From an uncultured Candidatus Saccharibacteria bacterium (GTDB taxonomy: Bacteria; Patescibacteriota; Saccharimonadia; Saccharimonadales; AWTP1-31): DNA of 64,000 nucleotides. The notes under the pieces are model-generated. The model was not told where the DNA came from. It did no database searches and was given only the letters and a program-made list of their open reading frames with translations. Numbering within the stretch: position 1 is the stretch's first letter; each line of letters starts with the position of its first letter. Positions 58,301 through 64,000 of this stretch are shown in pieces. Position numbers and translations under genes: made by a program. The stretch covers positions 3,898 to 67,897 of the forward strand of contig CALCZR010000003.1 in NCBI GenBank assembly GCA_937903325.1, read 5' to 3'.

Positions 58301-58835
58301 TACCTACGCAATCCTGCAATCGCTGAGCGACAGCTAGAGCGCCATCAAAGTCACCGTAGAGTAGAGGCTGGAGAACAGGACCACCAAGGCACCCAGAACC
58401 CACAATAAGACCTTTACTATGCCGTTCAAGCATAGCGTAGTCTGAACGTGGTTTATAGTACATACCATTCTCGAACGCATCTGAGCTGAGCTTCAGGAGA
58501 TTCTGGTAGCCGTCATTGTCTGCTGCATAGATACTGAGATGGTAGTACCGCTTGTCTGAGCCGGTGATAGCTCCGTTCGCATCCTCTTGTTGCACAGCTT
58601 GTTTCAGTGTGCGGTCATCACAAAAATAGAACTCTTGTCCTAGAACAGGATGGATCTCGTGCTTCTTGCATTCTTTGTAGAAGTCAATGATACCAGACAG
58701 GTTCCCGTGATCGCTGATACCGCCACTGGTCATCCCCAGCGCTTTCATCTGCTGAACTAATCCTGGGATCTTAGAAGCACCATCTAGCGTACTGAAAGAT
58801 GTATGCGTATGGATCGATGCAAAATCTTTACTCAT
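55398..58835 (-). CDS. dnaE: DNA polymerase III alpha subunit (DnaE-type, N-terminal PHP domain)
   Basis: 1145 aa; FASIHTHTSFSTLDGA (PHP), GSAAGSLVSYVLGIT, PDVDLDIE, FRPGPM, LMIYQEEIM, C-terminal OB region. Confidence 0.9.
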   Translation of the reverse strand: MSKDFASIHTHTSFSTLDGASKIPGLVQQMKALGMTSGGISDHGNLSGIIDFYKECKKHEIHPVLGQEFYFCDDRTLKQAVQQEDANGAITGSDKRYYHLSIYAADNDGYQNLLKLSSDAFENGMYYKPRSDYAMLERHSKGLIVGSGCLGGPVLQPLLYGDFDGALAVAQRLQDCVGKDNFYIELMNHFLPEQLKTNPMLIEIAKRIGAQVYATQDTHYTHQEESHAHSIMLCCQTGSKLSDEKRFHFHNDEYYLKSPDQMYDLFKDLPEACDNTLVIAERCNVQIDFKSLHLPKFPIPWGFSDDMDYLTHLTKKGIDKFYPNANDEVYERAAYELSVFQSMGVSSYMLILWDLLKFARNEGIFTPPGRGSAAGSLVSYVLGITKVDPLEYGLIFERFLNPSRIALPDVDLDIEQRYREKMINYTIQKYGTDHVAQIITFGTMKARTAVKDTARVLGYEPAVGNKITKLMPPLASGVDTPLSACLELNPKYENGFKAAQGLREEYDRDPDVKKIIDAALGIEGQIKSLGIHAAAVVIGDRPLDELVPTWKNSDGVRATQWGKKTIEDMGLVKMDYLGLKNLDILSDTQKLIGNGFSIDDLPMDDPETYSMLRTGNSLGCFQIESGGMRQLLKRLAPDNIRDISAVLALFRPGPMASNWHNMYADRKNGREAVTVFHPDAAEILKDTYGLMIYQEEIMEIATVFAGYSLTEADNLRKIIGKKLPDEMKAEAGKFIAGCVSQGHSEEFGKDLFDTIDGFSLYGFNLSHSVSYAFITYWTAYLKTHYPREYMSVLCSYVMDDLDKTARYLGEARRMGLKVYPPDVNKSTLHYTVEEDGIRIGLGTLKNMGEDSALKLIEIREQEPFKDLYDLAIRVNPKAPALRSLAYSGALDGWGTRQGIASVVDEVLKVTRKDAKKIDQGSLFETAEIVNFHIPETEYSWHELLSKEKEVLGIYASGHPLEDYTEHATGRSIMDASEAEEKASVKMLAIVTDVVVKYTKAQKAMANVLIEDQTGALELVAFPKSFEDYGSVLQPGAVVRVTIRKGYDDFREQPNYVLTYAEPVESKIATATLDQFGIFVPKGFHTKPVYMSKLKGVLLQNHGTIPADIYISRSTKIKLENQYLVNGSQKLKDELKALFVEFRGEG

Positions 58836-59374
58836 TCAAACAATTCTAACTGTGGGTTATCGGACAATTTCATTTCAATTACTTTAGATTCATATTCATC
58901 GGTGACCCAGAAGACCTTGCGAAGTGGGTCTTTCTTCCGCAGATCCTTCAGGCACGATGCGGTGCCGCCCTTAGATTCTAGCACAAGATCGAGAGGATTG
59001 CGAGGGCTAATCACCATTGTAGCATCAGATTCATCAATCATCTGACGATTACGTACAAAGTTATCAGTCCACCATCTTTCTTTGTGCCAGCGTTCACGCC
59101 AGTCATCACAGGTAGGACGCTCTACAGCGTATCTATACTTGAGAAAGTATGTCTTATAACTCTGAGGATATATCTGAGTGTAGTACTGATTTGGATAGAT
59201 TAAATTCAGACCATGACCAGCATCTCTGGTAGCCTCGGCAAAGATAGTGTCAGCACCTTCCGCTCCACCAGCTACGCCAAACTGATAATCATTCCACCAG
59301 AAGAAACTACGGACAGTTTGATATACTTCTTGTGGAAAACTTACTTCTCGATGACCAGTACACATTATGTCCAT
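58832..59374 (-). CDS. SLOG/DprA-LOG-like Rossmann protein (DUF2493/YpsA-like), tentative
   Basis: GVAGGAEGADTIFAEA glycine-rich loop and a later GGTASC segment; ATGA overlap with dnaE. Confidence 0.4.
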   Translation of the reverse strand: MDIMCTGHREVSFPQEVYQTVRSFFWWNDYQFGVAGGAEGADTIFAEATRDAGHGLNLIYPNQYYTQIYPQSYKTYFLKYRYAVERPTCDDWRERWHKERWWTDNFVRNRQMIDESDATMVISPRNPLDLVLESKGGTASCLKDLRKKDPLRKVFWVTDEYESKVIEMKLSDNPQLELFE

Positions 59375-59383
59375 AGCTAATCC

Positions 59384-59776
59384 TTATTTAGGGCGATCGT
59401 CGGTGCCAAGTTTTCTGAGACGAAAGGTGAGTAGACACAATGCGTGCCAGGCAACACAGGCAAGATGGTAACAGTTAGATTCTTCATCGATATCTTCACC
59501 CATCCAAAATTGCATAGCGTGACGCTGAAGAGCATTGTAACTAGAGGTATAGTTATAGCCCTTCATGTAATTGAATCGGCCATCTTCCGTATCTGAAGTA
59601 TACTTACGAGCACCAAATCCAGCGATACGACCAAGCTCCCATAGAGCCTTAGGATCAATATCCCCCAGTTCGCATTCTTTCTGACCTTTAGCTCCACCAG
59701 TCTCGGAGACTACACGGGTTTCTTCAGGAATAATAGTTTGAGCCATCGGTAAGTCGGTAAAATCGTAAGTTGCCAT
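59384..59776 (-). CDS. DUF5664-like putative dNTP pyrophosphohydrolase
   Basis: ETGGAKGQK...IDPKALWELGRIAGFGARKY...ALQRHAMQFWMGEDIDEES..HLACVAWHALCLL follows the pattern of the phage dATP/dGTP diphosphohydrolase N-terminal family. Confidence 0.55.
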   Translation of the reverse strand: MATYDFTDLPMAQTIIPEETRVVSETGGAKGQKECELGDIDPKALWELGRIAGFGARKYTSDTEDGRFNYMKGYNYTSSYNALQRHAMQFWMGEDIDEESNCYHLACVAWHALCLLTFRLRKLGTDDRPK

Positions 59777-60228
59777 CAGCGGTTATCCCCCGATCCGCCA
59801 AGTACGTCTCTCTCACGACGATCTAGGAGCTTGTCTACGTTAGCCTGAGCTACGTCTGAGAGGGTCGTGCCAAGCTCTGCTGCTACTCGGCAGACGTACC
59901 ATAGCGTATCCCCTAGCTCAGCAAGGATAGCTTCACGTTTCTCATCTGTGATAATGAAGTCATCGTCACGCAGAATCTTTTTTACCTTGCCCTGAAGTTC
60001 TCCAGCTTCACCTAGTCCAAGTGCTACATATACGAGGGCAATCCAAGAGCCAGTGCCAGCTTCAGGATAGATAGCTGTTTGATTGAGAATCTCTTGATAG
60101 ATATCAAAACTACCATACACCTGACCGTGTGACACTTGTGATTCTCGAAGTTCCTTTTGAAACTGTTGAAGCTTTTTTACAGCCGGTGAAATATCAATAT
60201 CAGTTTTAACTTCTACATCTTCAGTCAT
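59776..60228 (-). CDS. mazG: MazG-like nucleoside triphosphate pyrophosphohydrolase
   Basis: GLGEAGELQGKVKKILRDD...ILAELGDTLWYVCRVAAELGTTLSDVAQANVDKL: EExGE / ExxD MazG helices. Confidence 0.8.
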   Translation of the reverse strand: MTEDVEVKTDIDISPAVKKLQQFQKELRESQVSHGQVYGSFDIYQEILNQTAIYPEAGTGSWIALVYVALGLGEAGELQGKVKKILRDDDFIITDEKREAILAELGDTLWYVCRVAAELGTTLSDVAQANVDKLLDRRERDVLGGSGDNR

Positions 60229-60718
60229 GTAATCTCTTTTCTAATTGTTCTATAGTTATGTTCTGGTTCTCTACTTCTTGTACCCAAGTTAGCCCAAGAA
60301 GTAAAGGTTGATAGTATTTTTTATTTCCGTGTACTGTCGTAAGATGACAAGGCTCATTACAGAGCGTGATCAGATTCCACGGCTCGTTCTGCCATTCTTT
60401 GTTACGCCAGTCACTACGATAGTTTATATGATGAACCGCAAGGCCATGCGTCCCACCACATAGACGGCAACGGTAGTTATCTCGTTCTAGAATAATCTCC
60501 GGTCGGTAATCCGTGGGTCCGGTAGACTCTGGTACTTTGCTTCGTTTCTTTTTGGGACCAGTAGGCTTTCTAGCCTTGGGGGTACCGGTCTTCCTCTTCG
60601 CTTGCGGTCTTTGATATAGGCACTCATCACTGCAATAACTAACCATTCCACGCCGAACCGCAGACTCTTTTTCAATATACTTTTTACAATTTTTGTTAGC
60701 ACATCTAACCTTGCTCAT
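60221..60718 (-). CDS. HNH endonuclease with N-terminal zinc ribbon and Lys-rich linker
   Basis: CANKNC...YCSDEC; CRLCGGTHGLAVHHINYRS...WNLITLCNEPCHLTTVH. ATG 60718 preferred over track GTG 60742. Confidence 0.75.
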   Translation of the reverse strand: MSKVRCANKNCKKYIEKESAVRRGMVSYCSDECLYQRPQAKRKTGTPKARKPTGPKKKRSKVPESTGPTDYRPEIILERDNYRCRLCGGTHGLAVHHINYRSDWRNKEWQNEPWNLITLCNEPCHLTTVHGNKKYYQPLLLGLTWVQEVENQNITIEQLEKRLHD

Positions 60719-60848
60719 CAAATAGTCCAAGCTGAACACCACTGAGATGTTTCGCTACGAGTTCAATAATATGATCTGCTAGATCAACAGGTTTTTCTGT
60801 GCCAATCTCTCGTTCAATAAGATCAGCAATTCTATCTCTAAGATTCAC
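60705..60848 (-). CDS. possible small protein (47 aa, below track cutoff)
   Basis: GTG 60848 to TAG 60705; hand-translated (M)NLRDRIADLIEREIGTEKPVDLADHIIELVAKHLSGVQLGLFDEQG*; fills the gap between two genes. Confidence 0.4.
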   Translation of the reverse strand: MNLRDRIADLIEREIGTEKPVDLADHIIELVAKHLSGVQLGLFDEQG

Positions 60849-61101
60849 GTTCTAGTCGTCTTTCTACTAGTGCATCCCTGATGAGAAGACGGGCAATATC
60901 TTGGAACTGCTCATAGGCAGCGAGCTTCTCCTCGTTGTTCACCACGATGATAGCAGTGTTACCGAAGGCTAGTGCTGAACCTTGCTCTGTGCGGTCCATA
61001 AAATCTAACTGAATGCTCTCCTCACTGAAAGAAATTGTACTGATGAACCTATCATCGGAATCAATAACTTCGAGGATTCTATCTGAGTAGTCTTCACTCA
61101 T
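60838..61101 (-). CDS. hypothetical protein (87 aa)
   Basis: ORF; ATGA overlap with the upstream gene. Confidence 0.55.
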   Translation of the reverse strand: MSEDYSDRILEVIDSDDRFISTISFSEESIQLDFMDRTEQGSALAFGNTAIIVVNNEEKLAAYEQFQDIARLLIRDALVERRLERES

Positions 61102-61475
61102 TTCATTTCCAAACTTTCAGGATCAAAACCAAAAATATCTTTGGGTTCTAGGGTTGTTACGGTTACAGGATTACTGACGCCAGGCACATACGTGTCCAGG
61201 TTATCGTACATTTTCTTAGCCTTATCAGGGTCAAGTACCTGGATCTCTTCAACATGGAACTGGTTCTGACATTTCAGTTGACCAGATTTCTTAATGTCAA
61301 AGAACTTAGGTACGCCAGTACGAACCGTCACCAGAAGTGTGATCGGGTCGCCATCAGCTAGGCTGATAGCATCCTCTACTTCCATCGGGAACGCACCGGC
61401 GATCTTACCCTCGTAAATTTCGATAGCTCGACCGTGGACGTACTCTACGCCATCTTCGCTCAGTTGCTTGCTCAT
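61098..61475 (-). CDS. hypothetical protein (125 aa)
   Basis: ORF in the replication-strand block. Confidence 0.6.
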   Translation of the reverse strand: MSKQLSEDGVEYVHGRAIEIYEGKIAGAFPMEVEDAISLADGDPITLLVTVRTGVPKFFDIKKSGQLKCQNQFHVEEIQVLDPDKAKKMYDNLDTYVPGVSNPVTVTTLEPKDIFGFDPESLEMK

Positions 61476-61500
61476 GGTTCTATTCTATCAGATCGAGAGG

Positions 61501-63288
61501 TCATTGTCCAGCCTTCTTTTCGTCGCTGTGACGCTCGTCACGCCACACGTATCGTATCTTACCTGCATCATAAATGCGAGTCAGGCCATTTAATTCGGCC
61601 AATTCAGTCTCTGTCATTGTAGCGTCATATATCAAAGATGTGTCATGTGCAAATTTTTCTTTTCTATAGTTAAATTTATGTACTCTTTTTTTACAAGCCT
61701 TATCTAAATAACTATAGTCTGGATCAAGAATTTTATTTAGACTAAATCCGTTAGTTTCATATAAACTACCATTAGAGATGGTCAGGTCCGCAAATGATTT
61801 AATATCTCCTTTGCGATAATTTTTGAAATGACTTAAAATTTTACTAAATCCACCTGGAACACGGACAGAGGTGGCAAATCTAACTAGATCCCATCTCACA
61901 TCCGCCATTGTACCTTGATCTTTGAATGAAGCTAGGGCTACTAATTCGTTATTATACATGAGACCGATATGATGAGTTGCAGGAGAAAATCCTTGAATAT
62001 GATTTTGTTCATAAAATAATTTAGCATCTATTGGTTTAACTTTCATATTTACATCTGTCTTACGAGCATAGATAGATTTAATATTACTTAGATTTAACTT
62101 AGTCAAGATAGATAATTTAACAATATCTTTTTTATAATTCCAATCATCTTCCCAAATTTGAATAAGTTGAACGCCTTGATTCTTACATGCCAAATATTTA
62201 TCGTAATGATAATTTTTAGATTTAAATTTCTCAGAGTGCCAGTAGAGACCATTAAATTCAATTGCAATATTTTTTGATGGAATATAAATATCTAATTCTA
62301 GGGGTGCAATTAAGGTGCGATTGGAACGTTCAATCGGGATGTGAGATTCTATAAAATCAGCTAGATCAGATTCTAAAAGAGAATAACTATTAATTTTTTC
62401 TGTAATCATAGCTTCTTCTAATGACATACCTCGATATAATCTATGTCTAACTGTGTTTTCGTGACCTATAAATCTTGGATCTTTAATCCATTCAGACCAT
62501 TTTTTACTCTCGCCAAAAGCATCATATAAAATATCTTCTATAATATCTGTAGTAATAGCTTTTTCTGATTCCCAATTTAATTTATAAATACGATCTTTAA
62601 GAATATATTTATCTTTGTAGGGACAACGTGCATCTAAGACCCAGTCACTGATCGATTTGAATTCCCCGAATGCTTGTAATCTATTTGGGGTTGTAGAAAT
62701 TTGGGAGATAGCGTCTTCAAGTGTCCATCCTAAGCTAAGTCTAGATCTGAGAAGATCACAATTACCGTGCACACATCGACTATCTTTAGCCCAGTCATAT
62801 AAGATTTTTGTCTCATTAAAAGCTTTATATTTTTTAATATTTTGACGAGGTTCTAAAATGGCTGATTCCGCGTCCCACCCCTGATTAATTCTAGATACAA
62901 TTAATTTTCTATCTTTATGAATACATCTAGAATCTTGTGCCCATTCAACTGGAACTTTAGACTCACCAAATGCAGATATGGGATATTTAATAATATCCTT
63001 TGTAAGAGCTATCTCAAAATCCCAATTCCATTTTACTCGATCCCTAAGAGTGGTAGCTGATTTATGAACACAGCGTTCATCTTTCGTCCACTCCGTTATA
63101 GTCTTCGATTCGCCGAATGCATCGTACTTACGAGAGCCTACAACAGGTTCGTTCATCGCTCGTTCAGGGTCCCAAGCTTTATGTAATCTTCTTTGCAAGG
63201 TTTTGAATGGGACAAGGCAGCGATTGTCCTCCGACCATTCTTTGATAGTTTTCGATTCACCATACGCAATAAATAACTTGGGCACCAT
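61501..63288 (-). CDS. free-standing homing-endonuclease-like protein: six tandem DNA-binding-type repeats plus PD-(D/E)xK (Vsr/DUF559-like) nuclease plus unknown C-terminal domain
   Basis: Six about 49-aa repeats [AFGE(S)KTxxEWxxDxRCxxxxxxLxxRxxxGWxxExA]. Then LELDIYIPSKNIAIEFNGLYWHSEKF (D...ExxG.YWH). Markedly AT-rich (27 % GC in line 62161-62220 against 57 % in 61381-61440, hand counts). Confidence 0.7.
   Translation of the reverse strand: MVPKLFIAYGESKTIKEWSEDNRCLVPFKTLQRRLHKAWDPERAMNEPVVGSRKYDAFGESKTITEWTKDERCVHKSATTLRDRVKWNWDFEIALTKDIIKYPISAFGESKVPVEWAQDSRCIHKDRKLIVSRINQGWDAESAILEPRQNIKKYKAFNETKILYDWAKDSRCVHGNCDLLRSRLSLGWTLEDAISQISTTPNRLQAFGEFKSISDWVLDARCPYKDKYILKDRIYKLNWESEKAITTDIIEDILYDAFGESKKWSEWIKDPRFIGHENTVRHRLYRGMSLEEAMITEKINSYSLLESDLADFIESHIPIERSNRTLIAPLELDIYIPSKNIAIEFNGLYWHSEKFKSKNYHYDKYLACKNQGVQLIQIWEDDWNYKKDIVKLSILTKLNLSNIKSIYARKTDVNMKVKPIDAKLFYEQNHIQGFSPATHHIGLMYNNELVALASFKDQGTMADVRWDLVRFATSVRVPGGFSKILSHFKNYRKGDIKSFADLTISNGSLYETNGFSLNKILDPDYSYLDKACKKRVHKFNYRKEKFAHDTSLIYDATMTETELAELNGLTRIYDAGKIRYVWRDERHSDEKKAGQ
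62398..63267 (-). repeat. six tandem coding repeats (period 49-51 codons)
   Basis: The A(F/Y)GE motif recurs at aa 8, 57, 106, 156, 206 and 257 of the 595-aa ORF. Confidence 0.75.
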
Positions 63289-63327
63289 GATTACTCCTAT
63301 CGTTAATTACCGATTATAACGACAGAT

Positions 63328-64000
63328 TTAGATAGACATATCTAGCGATAATCGCCGTTTTGTAGCCTCAAGCCACGTATCGCCAGCTACAGCGTACGAG
63401 CGTTCCTTGATCGCCAAATCATACAACGGGTCGTCATATGGTACCATCGCTAGTGTCAGCGGGGCGAAGTGATACCGTGCGATAGCACCGGACCCCCCAT
63501 TCTTAGATTTGATGATCTGAGTATAGACGTCACCAGGCTTAACATCAGAATTATCAGGATCTTTCTGAAGCTTCTGTTCTGGTCGCCACAGAGCCATCAT
63601 GATATTAGCTGTATGTTCTACCTCGGCAGCATCAGCAGCCATATCGAAAGACATAGATTCACCAATCTCACCTGTGCGGTTAGCCTGGACTGGTGTCTCG
63701 ATCACTGTATCGAATTCTTTAGCGATACGCTTCAAACCCATGATAGCCTCACTAGTACGTTCCTTAGCGTTACCTGTGAACGAACGGGCATAGTAACCAA
63801 GGTAATCTACGATGATCTTGTTAGCTGGTGACCCAGCTTCGTAGGCGTGCTGTTCAATGCAGTCAATCAGTTCACCTTCACTGATACGGTTCTTATCTAC
63901 AATCAGCAGATTGTTCTTCCAGTATTCCATGACATCAAACACAGATGAACCAGGAAAATAGAAGTTGTGAATGCGATACAGTCGCTCGAAAACTTCATTG
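63328..64000 (-). CDS. replicative DNA helicase (DnaB-like), C-terminal part; 5' end beyond the window
   Basis: IIVDYLGYYARSF, ISEGELIDCIEQHA, TPVQANR (helicase H4-like). The frame stays open upstream of track start GTG 63942 to nt 64000 (hand-checked). Confidence 0.7.
   Translation of the reverse strand, partial: NEVFERLYRIHNFYFPGSSVFDVMEYWKNNLLIVDKNRISEGELIDCIEQHAYEAGSPANKIIVDYLGYYARSFTGNAKERTSEAIMGLKRIAKEFDTVIETPVQANRTGEIGESMSFDMAADAAEVEHTANIMMALWRPEQKLQKDPDNSDVKPGDVYTQIIKSKNGGSGAIARYHFAPLTLAMVPYDDPLYDLAIKERSYAVAGDTWLEATKRRLSLDMSI

Noticed and set aside
54509-58337. + strand ORFs inside recA and dnaE (54509-54910, 55058-55267, 55584-55790, 55978-56181, 56607-56942, 57289-57564, 58149-58337) and minus-strand alternative-frame ORF 56387-56632
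   Set aside because: They are shadow ORFs opposite, or out of frame with, two unambiguous long genes.
59384-60228. Z-genome (2-aminoadenine) biosynthesis based on MazG plus the DUF5664-like hydrolase
   Set aside because: No PurZ- or DatZ-like gene is visible in the window. The two hydrolases alone are common in ordinary phages.
63469-63831. + strand ORFs inside the DnaB-like gene
   Set aside because: They are antisense to the helicase frame, which stays open to the window edge.
1-64000. CRISPR arrays, rRNA genes, transposase/IS elements, integrons
   Set aside because: I saw no regularly spaced direct repeats, rRNA-like segments, DDE/serine/tyrosine recombinase motifs or terminal inverted repeats. 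The only repeats are intragenic coding repeats and short intergenic palindromes.

Overview
The window looks like a very gene-dense (about 140 ORFs) non-structural part of a large tailed-phage-like genome. I recognise no capsid, tail, terminase or integrase genes. GC looks mid-40s % by eye. From 1 to 52.9 kb nearly everything is on the + strand: short genes chained by ATGA, TAATG or TGATG start/stop overlaps. Exceptions are a reverse-strand endonuclease VII gene (12.4-12.9 kb) and an inverted three-gene membrane-protein module (43.1-44.2 kb). At 52.9-53.1 kb two convergent rho-independent terminators flank an unusually C-rich non-coding spacer. From 53.1 kb to the window end a minus-strand replication and nucleotide-sanitation module follows: HNH nuclease, SLT-like lipoprotein, RecA, DnaE, a SLOG-like protein, a DUF5664-like hydrolase, MazG, a second HNH, a repeat-rich homing-nuclease-like gene and a DnaB fragment. 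Other recognisable functions:
- Fic protein; SpoU-type RNA methyltransferase next to a tRNA.
- RNA-repair set (RNA ligase, P-loop polynucleotide kinase, metallophosphoesterase).
- Two NAD+ salvage modules: PnuC plus NadR, and NMNAT-Nudix plus NAMPT.
- rIIA/rIIB-like pair; RuvB-like AAA+ next to a Ku homologue; ATP-dependent DNA ligase.
- 5'-deoxyribonucleotidase; zinc deaminase; DEDDh exonuclease; a stand-alone RapZ C-terminal domain.

Most noteworthy:
1. A pyruvate-phosphate-dikinase-derived protein keeps the ATP-grasp and phospho-His swivel domains but lacks the PEP/pyruvate barrel. It is translationally coupled to a Zn-ribbon protein with a WPD-loop/CX5R phosphatase fold and heads an eight-gene overlapping operon (34.0-41.7 kb). 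This is my best candidate for an undescribed system.
2. An HNH intein splits the Walker-A loop of the NadR kinase domain.
3. The deaminase's conserved N-terminus has no usable start codon and lies in frame behind the upstream gene's TGA.
4. There are several expanded paralogue families, one with an invariant C-terminal Cys.

All functional calls rest on motif recognition by eye. No database search or folding program was run.
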